Assembly: GCA_951406725.2 (NCBI GenBank)
Contig: OX597826.1
Location: forward strand, 28,458,001 to 28,522,000
Reading direction: 5' to 3'
DNA: 64,000 nucleotides
From: Octopus vulgaris
Taxonomy: Eukaryota
A model generated the notes under the pieces. The model worked only from the letters and a program-made list of their open reading frames with translations, did no database searches and was not told the origin of the DNA. How positions within the stretch are numbered: the stretch's first letter is position 1; every line of letters begins with the position of its first letter. The translations under genes were made by a program, and so were the position numbers. Shown in pieces: positions 36,907-51,878 of this stretch.

Positions 36907-37344
36907 GGAGTCGGGGAAGAGAAAAGGGGAGGAGAGATAGAAGGAGAGGTAGATGGCGGTGACACATTCTGTGCTTTCTTTTTAATCAAGTCCAGATTAA
37001 TGAATATGCAAGTGTGTGTGTGTGTGTGTGTGTGTAACTAGATATTCATGTAAATCCTTTATACATAAGCGCGAGGGCATACACACGCGCACACATTTGT
37101 GTGTACGGTGTGTAGGATGGATGGATGAAAAGACAGAGAAAGATATGTAGATAAACAGAGATATAGATGGATAGGTGGACAGATAAATATATAGACAGGC
37201 CTAGACAAAGAAATAGACAGACAGACAGACATTTCTTTATTGGCCACGCAGGGCTAAACACAGAAGGGACAAAATACAAAATAGAGCTTTTGTTTTTGGG
37301 AAGAAGGAAAAAAAAAGGGGGGGGGGGTAAATGAATCATGCATC

Positions 37345-37407
37345 ACATAGATAGATAGATAGATAGATAGATATAGAGAGAGAGGTAGATAGATATATAG
37401 AGAGAGG

Positions 37408-37483
<76 letters not shown>

Positions 37484-37520
37484 CAGACAGACGACAAACA
37501 GATAGATAGGTAGGTAGATA
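37345..37520. repeat. (GATA)n microsatellite
   Basis: Seen directly. Confidence 0.95.
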
Positions 37521-38094
37521 AAGAGATAAACAGAGAGACCGAGATACACACACAGTGTCGACAGCAGTGTTTCCTCTCACTCCAGTGATTCTGAAACATT
37601 GTCACCATGTAATTTACATAATGTATGCATGTGGAAGCAAAGTCGCTAGTTCGATCCTCGTATAGCTCGCTCTTGAAAGCCAATGTATACATGGCACAAC
37701 CTTGATGATACAGCGGTGTGTGTGTTTCGCAAAAGAGGCGAAAGTCACACACACACAAAAATTAACCCCTTAACCTAGACATGCACTTCTAGCTGCTTTT
37801 TACTGTATTCAGGGGTCATATATATGAACCCTGAAGAAAAGCTACAGAGCACTCTCGCAACACTTATAGCGCCTTTATCTCATCGATCCGGATAAACGAA
37901 GGGCAAAGTCGATCTCGGCGAGATAGGAGACAAGATCGTAGAGGGCCGAAAGTAACACCGCAAGGCACCCCCCCCCCAATACACACCCTCCCCTCCTACA
38001 CTCTAAAATAACAAAATGATTTAAACGATAGAATTCACTAGTAAAAAAAAAAAGAAACTTTTTAAAACTCATCAGTAATAAATAATAATAATAA

Positions 38095-38556
38095 TCTTTT
38101 CTATTATAGGCACAAGGCCCGGAAAGGGAGGGGGATAATTAATCACATCGACCCCTGTGCTTGACTGGCACTTAAATTTCGATTTTGATAGGACGAAAGA
38201 GAAAGACAGAAAGAAAAAAAAAAAGCAAAGTCGACGTCGGCGAAATTTGAACCCCAAATGTAAGGACGGACGAAATCCTGCTAAACATTTCACGCAGCGT
38301 GCTAACAATTCTTTCCGTTCGCCACTTTAATAATAATAATTATCATTATTTCAAATTTTTGCCACAAGGGCAACTTGGGGAGGTGGAACGAGTCGATTAC
38401 ATTGACCCCAGTATTCACCTGGTACTTATTTTATCGACCTTGAAAGGATGAAAGGCAAAGTCGACCTCGGTGGAATTTGAACTCAGAACGTAGCGGCAAG
38501 CGAAATACTGCTAAGGATTTCGCCCGGCGTGCTAACCTTCCTGCCAGCTCGCCACC

Positions 38557-38592
<36 letters not shown>

Positions 38593-38771
38593 TCCTTTCT
38601 GCTAAAAGCAAAAGCCTGAAATTTTTGTTGAGAGGTGGGAGTGGCTAGTCGAAAAAAGATGAAGAGCAAAGACGACCTCTGCAGAATTTGAACTCGGAAC
38701 GTAAACACGAGCGAAATGCCGCTAAGCAATTTCGTCCGGCGTGCTAACCGTTCTGCCAGTTCGTCGCCTTA
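38095..38771 (-). mobile_element. Three head-to-tail Meta-domain SINEs separated by (AAT)n
   Basis: Copies at about 38096-38328, 38352-38559 and 38592-38771. Confidence 0.85.
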
Positions 38772-39308
38772 ATAAGCACATTACTACTACTACTACTACT
38801 ACTAAATAATAATGATTTCTTTATTAACCGCAAGGGTTTACATTAAGAAAAACATTATGGACAGTACAGGACAAAACAAAGAATGTGTGTGTTCATGAAC
38901 TGTCACAGCCAAAATTCAAGTCTAGGCAGCTTTTCAACTTTGACCCCCCAGCACAATGTGGTGTATAGCGGCGGCGCCGGTGGTGGTAGTGTTAGTGGTA
39001 CTCGTGTTGTTTTGGGGAGGCGATGGGGTGGGGGTCTTCAGGTGAAGTTGTCAATGCTAAGCCAAGTCAGTTAGTAAACACACAACGCACGCGTGTACGC
39101 ATTGTACATAGGCATATACACTAACAGGAAGAAAACATCGAATCCATCATTATCATCATCATCATTACTACTATGCGTTTATAGTAGAAGTAGTAGTAGT
39201 AGTAGTAAAACAAGCAATTTTGCGAAAGTGTTTTAATGATAGCAAATATATATTAACTATATTTCAAGAGACAGCAACGCACACAGGCGTAAAATTTATA
39301 TATATATG

Positions 39309-39365
<57 letters not shown>

Positions 39366-40104
39366 GCAGACACATTACTAGTACACACACACACACGATA
39401 ACGTATCCACTTATGCACACACATAACCATATATATAAATATATATATGGTTATATATACATACATACACACACATATATATATATACAGGGTGTTTTAC
39501 GAACGGAGAATACACAGATATATTATGTGTGTATACACACACACAACCAGTTATATGTACATGCACACATACATACGTAGAAAAGAGAGAGAGAAAGAAA
39601 GAGAGTGGGGAGAAAAGAAAGAGGAGGAAGCAGGGACAGAGAGAAAGAATGTAACAACCACTTTTAAGTTTTAGCGAAAGATTGGAGGGAGGAGGAGAAG
39701 GAAAGAGAGAGGAAGGGAGGAAGAAAGGGGGAGGAGGAGTTAAGTCGTTGGTTTAGTAGCTTAACAACAGCAACAACAATAGCAACAACACTAATATTAT
39801 ATTTTACACTGCACTTGTTGCATCAAACGCACACACACATCCGCGCGCGCACGTGTAGTGAGAGTGTGTGTGGGTTTGGCGAATTGAGGAGAAAGGAGAG
39901 CAAGGATGAGAAGGAAGAAAGGGAGGGATAATTTGAGAATAGGGAAATGTGGAAGGATGTATTAATTGGAGCAACGAGAGACGTGCTAAAGCCGTTGCAG
40001 CTGTTATTCCTCTTCTTGTCGTTTAAATTTACTAGACTTTGATGAGGAGTTACTGCCCATAATATTTAGAGGTATTCCGGGTCCATCAAACGTTAAACAG
40101 ACAC

Positions 40105-40455
40105 CTGTGGTAAGAAGCTTGGTTCCGAGTTCAGTCCCACCGCGTGACACCTTGGCCAAGTGTCTTCTACTATAACCTCGGGCCGACCAAAGCCCTGTGA
40201 GCGGATTTGGTAGATGGATACCGAAAGAAGCCCGTCGTATATATTTGTGTTTGTGTTTTTGTGTCTGTGTCTATCCATCACCACCGCTTGACAACCGGTG
40301 TCGCTATACTTGATTCCCCCGTAACTTAGAGCTCCAGCAAAAAAGGAACGTTACAATGAGTACTAGGCTTTAAAAAAAGTACTGGGTCGATTCGTCGACT
40401 AAAAAAATTCAAGGCGGTGCCTCAGCATGGCCGTAGCCTCATGATTGAAACAAAG
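40105..40455 (+). mobile_element. SINE family A
   Basis: Matches consensus. Confidence 0.8.
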
Positions 40456-40698
40456 ACATTGCAGGATTATAACGCTGCGGCTGCAGGAGGCCCTAAAAGG
40501 GGGCAACGAATAGCAAACCCTTAGAGAGCATCAGAGTTACACTTTGGTCCAAATCATGGAGATCAAATTGTATCTTTTATCTTAATGGGATCAGCAAAGA
40601 GTAAAGAAAGAAAAATCGATTCCATGTGCCACACTCCGCTTCTGTAAATTATACTTGCTGGTCATCGATGGTGGTCGTGGTGGGAAATGAGACTGCGT

Positions 40699-40906
40699 CA
40701 GTGACGGGTAAACTGAGGCCCGCGAGACTTTCTAAATGATACGTCGATGAAAAATTACTTTGACAATTTTTCAGTAGTGCGGCTCATCTGATGATAGGTA
40801 AGCCGTATCATGCAGCCCACATGATAAGCCATGTCTCATGCGGCCCACTTGATCATGAACCATGTCTTATGCGGCTTGCTTCTCCAAAAAGCGCTGCTCG
40901 TACCTG
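40699..40906. mobile_element. Probable hAT-type MITE
   Basis: cagtgacgggtaaactgaggcccgcg left end, repeated atgcggccc subterminal motifs, ctgctcgtacctg right end. Confidence 0.45.
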
Positions 40907-41718
40907 CTCTATGCGGTCGCTGGCTCTGCTAGAAGTAACAGTCGCAGATCCCTCGACAAACAACAAAGGACGGTATCGCCGTCAGAGAAGCTGACACACG
41001 AAATGAGAAAGTCTTCTCTCTTAGTGATGGTCACGACTCGAACGCTTTTTACATCATTGTTGACCTAGCATCAAACTACCAATATTACTGATTCTAGAGT
41101 AGGAAGACAATATACTGGAGAATACACTTAAAACATCGTCTTTGAATGAAAAGTGATGAGAATTCCGTCACAAGGGAAGAAGTCGCGTGCGCACGTACAC
41201 ACACCCGTGCATACAGATAAACGGACATAGAAACACACACACGTACAGACACGCAATTTGTCCATCCACAACCAACAGAAATTTTCAGAAGACCAAAAAG
41301 AAAACAAAAAGGGTAACAAAAGTATAAGTATGTGTGTGAGGGAGAGAAAGAGAGGAGGGAAAGACAGACAGACAGACAAAGACGAAAGGAAACACCAGTA
41401 TTGTTTTCTGTATTGTCTGTGACACCCATCATCATCATCATCACTGTCATCGTTATCACGTTGCCTCATCATCATCATCAACAGACAATGAAGAGGTGAC
41501 TGCGTACAAAACAATTGTAAACTATCTCTTTATAACTATCGCACTTGCTTCAAGATTACACACTTGCACACACGCACGCACCACAATGAGACGAACACTC
41601 AGATACACACACGGATTCAGACACACACACACACACACAGAATGATGAGAGCGCACACTCACAAACGCACAATGGCACAAACACACATACTGGAGTACAC
41701 ATAACTTACATACACAAT

Positions 41719-41749
<31 letters not shown>

Positions 41750-42538
41750 CTCTTGATGTTCTGATTTCAAGTCCCACCGAGGTCAACTTCAGATTTTTCA
41801 TCTGGAGGGACGATGAAATCTATCAAATACCAGTAATACAGTGAGGGTATAATCCGTTATACTCGTTCTCCAAAGGCGAAGCCTTGTGCCTCTCTTAGTA
41901 AATGGCTGTGTGGTTAGAAGCTTGATTCTGGGTTCAATCCCATTGCATGGCAGCTTGGGCAAGTGTCATGCTATAGACTTGCGCTGTCCAAAGCCTTGTG
42001 AATGTATTTGGTAGGCGGAAACTGTAAGAAGCCCGTCGTCTATACATACGTATATGTCCGCGCATGGGTATGTATGTGTCTTTACTCAGAAAGGCTTCAA
42101 TTGACCGAAGGCTATTAGTAATACAGCATTTCCCCCAAAAGGCAGAAAGTCGAATCGAACCCGATACCTCTCGGTTGCCAAGGGAACTTCCTTCACAATT
42201 CGTTCATGCTTGAGTCGTCCCCCAGAATGGGGACGGGTATATTAAATGACATCTATCCAGAATAACTCTCTGTAGGATTCGAACGCTAGCCCTGTTGGTT
42301 GCAGAACTAACATCCTGAAAAATTCATCCAGGACTGGATGGATACGAGGCTGTAGTTAAAGGCAGGTAAGGGCTACTTGTACAGATAACAAGGGGTGGAC
42401 AAGGTTCGTCGATAAAATAAGTTGTATAAACATCGTAACACACTTCGTCCCATGTTGAAATCAAAGGAAATTTCGATAAACTGACGCTTCAGCAACACTT
42501 AAGTAGTATTCATATACATATATACATACATGTTTTCT

Positions 42539-42583
<45 letters not shown>

Positions 42584-42585
<2 letters not shown>

Positions 42586-42792
42586 AGGTGTCCCAGAAGT
42601 CGTGAACCATTCTGGTTTTCATTTTAAAATAATTAAAGCATTTTATTTTATTACATTTTTTTTTGGCATATTTATTGTAGAGGGTGCTCGATTTTCATCA
42701 TTTCTTACGATTAATTTCAATAAAGTGTTTTTGAAATCAATAAGGGTGTATTCTTTTAAAAAACGAGGGGTGTGCGCAACTTCCGAGACACC

Positions 42793-42795
<3 letters not shown>
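42584..42795. mobile_element. Tc1/mariner-type MITE
   Basis: caaggtgtcccagaagt / acttccgagacaccctg-TA, inside (TA)n. Confidence 0.7.
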
Positions 42796-42845
<50 letters not shown>

Positions 42846-43065
42846 CATATGTATGTATATACCTACATATTTCTGTCTGTATATCTATCTATCTATATCT
42901 GTATATCTATCTATCTATCTTATGCCAAGTTTTATATAAAAGCAATCGAAAAATAAACAGAAAGATTACTCAAAATTTTAGTTTATTCTAGAAAAAAAAC
43001 GAATAATAGTGACTTCGAAGTCATACTTAGCTCGGGGTCACTCCCAATGTTCTTCCTCATAAAAA

Positions 43066-43120
<55 letters not shown>

Positions 43121-44394
43121 CACACACATGTATTGGGATTGATAGCCTGGAGAGAAATAAAAGCGGACGGGAGGCGGAAGACAGGGGTGATGTAATGGGC
43201 GAACTGACGGAGGGAGGTGGTTAATGGCAAGGGGTGGGGTGGGAAGAGAAATGAATAGGGGTGGATGATGGATTCGAGAGGAAGGCGGCCAGAATCCAAC
43301 AGGGGTTGTAGATAGGGAGAAGAATTTAGAAACAACGATGGGAACATAATATCTAAAGACACTTAAGGTGTGTGTGTATGTGTGATTCCTTTACAGACTG
43401 CTTTACATTCACACATTGAATATATGCATGTATATATACACACGAATGTGAATGCATAAACACACATATATACATGCACACACACACACGCCAGATATAC
43501 ACATACATATATTGTTTTTGCTATGTACACACATACATATTACATATAATATAAACGTGTATATCATATATATATATATACATATATATACTTATATACA
43601 AATATTAAACATTGAACTTTATACATATCTACACACACACACACTATATATATATATATATATTATATATATATACGCATACACAAACACATACGTATCT
43701 CCTTATATATACATTACGTTTTTATATACATATATACATACATACAAATACGTACATATACACCTTGATATTACACTTGTACAATTTTATTTATCATATA
43801 TAATATACATACATTTTCCATACATATATACATCACATACACACAGGATGTAGACGACGTGTCATTTGCATTAGGCAGAAAAGAAGAAAGAGGAAAAAAA
43901 TGAAACAAAGCCAAAAACGGGAGACAGGGGAAAAAAAAAAGGATAACGGCACAAATGACAATAACAACAAGAACCACAACAATAAAGCCGTGCCACAGAC
44001 ATTGTGTGTGTGTGTGTGTGTGTGTGTGTATAATAGAAATTTATTCAGAAATATCAGATTCGATTCTACACTGGTACGTGAGGCTTTTCTTTTTCTTCAG
44101 TAATATTCCAGTCAATGCTCAAGTTATTTTCGTCTGCCTTAAAAAATACATTAAGTGCGTGTATTTAAAGACAGACAGATAGATAGACAGATAGATAGAC
44201 AGACAGACAAATAAGTAGAAAGGTAAATAGAGAGACAGACAGCTAGACAAATATGGATGGATAACTTCTGGAATAATACAAATTAAGCCGCATTTATTTA
44301 TATGGATATGCTTAACTGGTAAAGTTTGAGCGTAGCACCTCACAAGTTAACAAAAACAAAAAAAACAAAAAAAAAAAAACAAAAGGCAGGTTGA

Positions 44395-44530
44395 AAAGCG
44401 TGGCTGTGTGGTAAGAACATAGTTCCGGGTTCAGTACCACTGCATGGCGCCTTGGGCAAGAGTCTTCTATAGCCCCGGGCTATAGATTTGGTAGACGGAA
44501 ACTGAAAGAAGCCCATTGAAAATGCGTGTG

Positions 44531-44602
<72 letters not shown>

Positions 44603-44785
44603 AGGGAGAGAGAGCGCGTGTATTTGTCCCTCACAACCACTAAACAACCGATGTTGCTGTGTTTGCGTCCTTGTAACTTAGCAGTTCGGCGATAGTGTTC
44701 GACAGAATATGTAGTGGGGTCAATTAATTCAACGAAAAAAATTCTGCAAGGCCGTGCCCCAACATGGCCACAGAAACCAGTAAAA
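44395..44785 (+). mobile_element. SINE family A, diverged
   Basis: Matches consensus. Confidence 0.75.
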
Positions 44786-45071
44786 GTTACATAAGTACCC
44801 ATACATACACACACACACGCACATAAATAGTCTATACTTCTCATATATAAATATATATGTTCACAATACACGCATACACACATACACGTGTGTGTATGTT
44901 AATGCGGGTGTACAAAATAGATTAGGCAGATACTGTTTAAGGACGGACGAGCCAAGGAAGGAAAGGCGCGGAGAAGTAAATGTGTTTTCCGTACATCTAT
45001 TTTCTTTTTTTCTTCAATTCTGTCCCCGATGACTTGGGCCCTTGTGACCAATAAACGAAATAACAATAATC

Positions 45072-45267
45072 AAATTTTGCCACAAGGGCAACCATTTTGG
45101 AGAAGGGAATAAGTCAATTACATCGACCCTAGTGTTCACCTGGTACTTATTTTATCGACCTCGAAAGGATGAAAGGCAAAGTCGACCTCGGCGGGATTTG
45201 AACTCAGAACGTAGCGACGGGCGAAATGCCGCTAAAGCATTTTACCCGATTCTGCCAGCTCACCGCC

Positions 45268-45270
<3 letters not shown>
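45072..45270 (-). mobile_element. Meta-domain SINE abutting (AAT)n
   Basis: Very similar to 38352-38559. Confidence 0.85.
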
Positions 45271-45317
<47 letters not shown>

Positions 45318-45733
45318 TTATTTTTTAAGAATGTAACTCTAAGAACTCTGTGTGTGTGTGTGTCTAAATGGTGGGAGGAGAGGGAGCAGTCGAGGTTAAT
45401 GGTTTATAAAACAGAGAAATGTAATGTCATTCGATTTTTATGTCTTGATACTTCCAGTTTTAATGTTGTTTTTTTATTTTGTTCCTTTTTGTTGCTGGAG
45501 CGAGGGGAGACCAAAACCCTGCATCCTTACAGTAGGGGGGAAAAAAACCACGAAACTACTTTCATAAGAAAACTTTTAACTATAAAAGGGTTTTCTGTGT
45601 TTTCCTTCACTTATGTACGTACCAACACACACACACACACATACACAATGTGTGAGTGTGTATGAGAATATGAATCGGTATTCAATAGGATTATAAATCC
45701 ATAACTGAAATGTTACGAGAATCGAGGCTTGTC

Positions 45734-45801
<68 letters not shown>

Positions 45802-46224
45802 CGTAGGGATAGCTGGATGAATGGATAAAATGTATTTAATGGATACAGAGAACCGTAGTTTGAGACATACAACAAAATGAACATCAACCAGAAGTAATAT
45901 AACAACAACAACAACAACAATAACAACAATAATAATAATCATAATGAAAAAAATTTTTTCTTTTCTATTTTCTCGCCGGACCAGAAGTGGTAGGGGTGTT
46001 CAAACACACACACACACACACACACACATATTAGAGAGAGGGGAGAGAGAAAGAGAGAAGAGAGAGAGAGAGTTAAATAGAAACAATGAGGGAAGCAAAG
46101 AATTCCATACATAATTTTGGACAAGTTTTTTTTTCTGATTTTAAACAAATAAGTAAATGAACACGTTTGTGTATGCGTGGGTACGCGCACTCGCTCACAC
46201 AAACACACACACACACATTTAGTC

Positions 46225-46424
46225 ATTTACTTGTTTCAGCCATTTGACAGTGGCCATGCTGGAGCACCGCCTTTAGTCGAGCAAATCGACCCGAGGACTT
46301 ATTCTTTGTAAGCCTAGTACTTATTCTATCGGTCTCTTTTGTCGAACCGCTAAGTTACGGTGACGTAAACACACCAGCATCGGTTGTCAAGCGATGTTGG
46401 GGGAACAAACACAGACACATACAC

Positions 46425-46464
<40 letters not shown>

Positions 46465-46603
46465 CGGGCTTCTTTCAGTTTCCGTCTCCCAAATCCACTC
46501 ACAAGTCTTTGGTTGGCACGAGGCTGTATAGTAGAAGACACTTGCCCAAGGTGCTATGCAGTGGGACTGAACCCGCAACCATGTAGTTCGTAAGCAAGCC
46601 ACT
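46225..46603 (-). mobile_element. SINE family A, near full length
   Basis: Reverse complement of consensus. Confidence 0.9.
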
Positions 46604-46604
46604 T

Positions 46605-46661
<57 letters not shown>

Positions 46662-46985
46662 AAGTGAGATACAAATGAACGTAGTCGAAACGAGGCTTGT
46701 ATAAGATGACGCAAGAGGAGATGATGATCAAAGTTTATTAAGAGCTACGTATGCAATAAGACTTGATCCTACATCGTAATTAAACACGCGCGCACACACA
46801 CACGCTGCAGCAAAAAGTTAACAGAGGTTCATTTACTCTTGACCTGTGTTCCAAGAAGAAACACACGCTGCGCACCCGTAAAAAACCCATAATAACTCGG
46901 GGAAACGGTAAAGCATTCGATAGAACAGACCGTTTTCCGTTTGCCTAACTTGAACTATCGGACTGACAATAGCAGAATAAAAGGA

Positions 46986-47460
46986 AAGACTTCCTCTCGT
47001 CCCCGCCCCATTTTCTCGCAAATTATTTTTATTATTTTTTTTTATTTGTCTTTTTTTTTTTTTTTTTTTTTGCAAAAACACCCCCAAGTTTTCGGATACG
47101 GAAGTTCCGGAAAATTGCCAAAAATCGGAATTTTGAAATTTCTGGAACCCCTTCCCCGTCCTTTACCTCCCCAATTTCTTCATTTTTCACTTTTTTCCAC
47201 AACCCTAACCGTAACCCTAAAACATTAACCCTAACTAGAAAAACTTTTGGAAATTTTTTTCAGAATCATAATTTCCGTATTTTTCCACATATTTTGCACA
47301 AAAAAAATTAATTCTGAAAAAGTTTATAATGAAGAAGGAAAAAAAGTGGGGTAATTTAAAAATGCCGATTTTTGTCAATATTTTTGCTGATTCGTATTCC
47401 CCGTAGATGAAGAAAAAATTTAAGGGTCTTTTTTTGGAAGGGGACACAAAAGGAAGTCTT
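46986..47460. mobile_element. Fold-back MITE with central telomere-like repeats
   Basis: TIRs aagacttcctctcgtcccc / ggggacacaaaaggaagtctt; internal IR ttgccaaaaatcggaattttgaaatt / aatttaaaaatgccgatttttgtcaa; aaccctaaccgtaaccctaa near 47200. Confidence 0.6.
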
Positions 47461-47746
47461 GTCGAGTAAAACATGGGAAGTTATTTTGCCGCACGAGGTA
47501 CACGCGCGCGCGCTCACATATGCTACTGAAGTTGGAACGACTTAGCAAATTGTTACCCAGGGTTTCAGGTCACCGATCATCAGACAGCCGTGAATATTCG
47601 AAGCAAGCAAAAATATGCGTATTTGTAAGTGTTCAGGGTCAGCAACGCAGTGAATAAATGTTTATAGCTGGTTGGGCAATTACTTTTCCAAATAACAGGA
47701 ATCGGTTGGATAAAAACAATTGACCGAAACGGAAAAATACATAACG

Positions 47747-47999
47747 CTGTGGTTCTGAACCATTTTCTACCCATGGTCCCCTTTGATTGCTATTTTACTC
47801 CAGTGGACCCTCCTAGCCACTCGATCTTTGAAAACTGTTATATTTTTATAATTGAATACTATTAGGAATTATATTTAAAGAATTGACAAGATATTTTGTG
47901 TATTGTAGAAGTATAGCCAATTTATTGATCAGAAATTTTAAGCAGCAAAATCTTCTGTGGACCCCTAAGGGCCATGTGAACCTTGGTTGAGAACCACTA
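47747..47999. mobile_element. hAT-type MITE
   Basis: ctgtggttctgaacc / ggttgagaaccacta termini with internal ggaccc motifs. Confidence 0.65.
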
Positions 48000-49134
48000 G
48001 TCTAACGCTTGAGAATCAACTGCCAAGTTGCCAACCCACCCCATGCATGATTGAAAAGGCGACGTTTCGGTACTTCAGAGCACACCCACGTCTCTCAAAC
48101 TGGGTCTTTTTCTCCTCCTTACTTGTGGTCCTAGAAACAGGTTGCCACGAAATTTCCGTTAACCATCAATGATGTCAGAACGAAGAAAAAGAAATTCCAT
48201 TGATTTTGCAAAGTCTTCATGATTCTTTTCCTTCTTTTGTATTTCTTTCATTTCCTCCTTCCAAAATAAACCCAGCCATAAATAAATAAATAAATAAATA
48301 ATAAAGCTACCAACCCAACCATTTTTGTGGCTACTGCTTCAGTCACTTGATTCTGCTACTCTCCCACCCGCAAGGCAACGTCAAATGAAATTTTCTGCCC
48401 AAGAACACAACGCGTTGCCAGGCCCGAGAATTGAACTCACCATCTAGCGATCGTGAGCACAACACCTTAACCACTAGACCACACGGGTCGGTGAGGTGCA
48501 GAAACATAGGTGCGTTGACAGAGATGCTTTACAGTATATCATCCGCTCTCTATATTTTGTATTCAAATCCCACCTGCCTGAAAGAAGGCAACTGGAACCG
48601 CTTCAGTATTGATTCCAAATCTAATCATGGTAACCGAAGTTCCAGTAATCTTCTTCACGGCACCAGGGAAGGCAAGGACACGCCAAGGTGGTATAGAGAG
48701 TGCTGGAGAAGGTTGGACTGCCCGTAAACAGGTCCTGTGCATGTGCACAAGAGACCTGATCAAGAGCAGACCACCGCTAGACTAGACCTCGGTTAGTATC
48801 TTCTTTAGTTCTTCTTTTCTCTGTCTCTCCAGATTGTCCAGATACAAATCTTTCGAATGGATGATCTTTACGGCCATACGAGTAAGCAGCCGAGCCTTTC
48901 TCTGGCCTGACCCACCGGTCCTACTTAATCCACGTTAATAAGGAAAGGAGAGATTTTCAGCAAATGAATTATTGCGATTATGAGTCTTTCTTAGACGCCA
49001 CCCTGAATGTTACACAGTCCAAGTCACGTGGTCTTTCATTTAGAAACATATCTGGCTTCGTGTCTCATTCAGAAAATCATAAGATAATTATTAAATAAAT
49101 AAAAAAAAAACAGAAAGAAAACTTAATAGAAATT

Positions 49135-49367
49135 TACAAGGACGTAAACACACCAGCATCAGTTGCCAAGCGATGGTGGGGAAACAAACACATACACACA
49201 CAAATATGTACGTGTATATATATATATATATATATACGACAGGCTTCTTTCAGTTTCCGTCTACTCACAAGGTTTAGTAGGCCTGGAACTGTAGAACACA
49301 CTTGCCCAAGGTGTCACGCATTAGGACTTGAACCCAGGACCATGTGGTTGGGAAACAAGTTTCTTAT

Positions 49368-49413
<46 letters not shown>

Positions 49414-49585
49414 TATATATATATACGACGGGCTTCTTTCAGTTTCCGTCTACCAAATCCACTGACAAGGCTTTGGTTGGTCCGAGTGTATACTAGAAGG
49501 CTCTTGTTGAAGGTGCCATGCAGTGTGACTGAACCCGGAACCATGTGATAGGGAAGCAAGCTTCTTATCACACAGCCACGCCCTC
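49135..49585 (-). mobile_element. Two tandem partial SINE family A copies
   Basis: 49135-49370 and 49425-49585. Confidence 0.8.
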
Positions 49586-50528
49586 GCCGACGTATGCATG
49601 TATGCACATATATATACACCTACGTGTATGTATGAATGTTTGTAGGTATGCAAGAGTACAAATTAGCCACTACAGTTGTGGCACACAACTTCCTTTCATC
49701 TCACCCTGGCCCAGATATGCCCATTCAGCTGAGGGTGTGTGCGCATGCGCCGAAACATACACAAAAAAAGGAGCAGTAGCAATGTAGGTGTACGTGTGTG
49801 TGTGTGTAGATTATAGTTTTATGTATACGTATGTGCTGTGTGTGTGTGTGTGGGAGGGGTTACGAGTTTGCGTAGGAGGTGTGTGTGTGTGTGTGTGTTT
49901 GTCTACGTTCGATTCTATCTATATATGGATGGCACTCGGCCAGATTACCAAACACACACACACACACAACCAACAACAACTATCACCACCACCATACAAC
50001 AACTACAACATCAAACAAGACGTACAAGATTTATGCATTTGTAAACGATGATGATGATGATGATGATGGCGGCTATGATGTTAATGATGATGATGGTGAT
50101 GGTGGAAGAGACGATGGGTTTTTAGGTGTGGGAGGTGAAAGAAGCAAAAACTCAATTCTATTCCAATTTTGGCAACGCGGCTTAAAAACCATTTCCTCTA
50201 TTACCACTACCATCTCCAACACCATCATCATCATCATTACACCCATCACCACCACCACTATCGCCATCAATAACGTTATCATCGTCACCACCGCCACCGT
50301 CCTTACAACCACCATCTCATTTTCTTTACTCAATGACCTTACTCCGGCTGCAACAGCGATTCTAACCCCCCCACCACCACCACCTTCACTAGCACCCGCG
50401 TTAACTTTCTCTTTCATTCTTGACCCCCTTTACAGCCAGTGGCTACTCCCACTCCAGCCCCCCAACAACGCAGAGTACAAACGAATGACGTGAGAATGGA
50501 AAATAAAGTGCAAGTGTTACAATTACAC

Positions 50529-50571
<43 letters not shown>

Positions 50572-51232
50572 CAACAACAATAATAACAACAGCAACAATA
50601 ATGTTCTGAAGAATTAGTTTGCATATTTGTAGAAGGTGTGTGTGGTGTGTTAATATATATGCATAAAATATATATATATGTGTGTGTGTGTATGTATATA
50701 TAGGCATACGTATATATTTCAAATAAATGCATCTCCATATGTATAAATATATGTACATATGTGCTTACTTACTACACGTGTGTATGTATACACGCACACA
50801 CACAACCCACACGCACACGTTAGCTTTATAGACATGTGCGTGTGTGTGTACCCACCAACGTCAGTTACCAACCGAACATCGTAAATTACAATTGGCGGTA
50901 ATTCACCATTAAGGAGGACTTAATAAACACACACGTATATATATACACATATATATATATGTATATATATTGGTGTGTGTGTGTGTGTGTGTGTGTGTGC
51001 ATGCAAACCTATAATGCATACATACATACATACATGCTTTAATATCTTGGTCATTTAGCAAAAGATGAATGAAATCGATAAGATGAAAAGGAATGGAATA
51101 AAAAGATGAAAACCAGAATCAGAGGGAGAGAGAGGGAGGGAGAGCGAAAGAGGGAGAGAGAGAGAGAGGAAGACATATACAGACACATGCATATTATACA
51201 CATTTATATATGTGTATGTGTCACATATATAT

Positions 51233-51299
<67 letters not shown>

Positions 51300-51300
51300 C

Positions 51301-51388
<88 letters not shown>

Positions 51389-51605
51389 AGAGAGATTTAT
51401 ATAACCGTGTATTTATATATACCTACTTACATGTATTACACTTTGATCTTAGCTGTATATGTGTGTGTATGTGTGTGTACGTGTGTGTAAATAAATGTGT
51501 ATGTGTATATGCATGTAAGTGGATTTAAGTGTATACATACACATATATATATATACATACACATATACAGATGACTACACGCAAATCTATATCAATATGC
51601 ACACG

Positions 51606-51659
<54 letters not shown>

Positions 51660-51847
51660 GATACACACCCAGACTTATATGCACATGTGTGGTTGTGTAA
51701 GTGTATGTGCGTATGTATATATATAATATGTATGTATGCGTGTGAGTGTGTACATATAAGCATGTATATGCGTAAGAGTGTATAAGAGGGTATTACATAC
51801 CGCTAGCTTTTCATCAAATTTGTAAGATGTAAACATCGTTGGAGATA

Positions 51848-51878
<31 letters not shown>

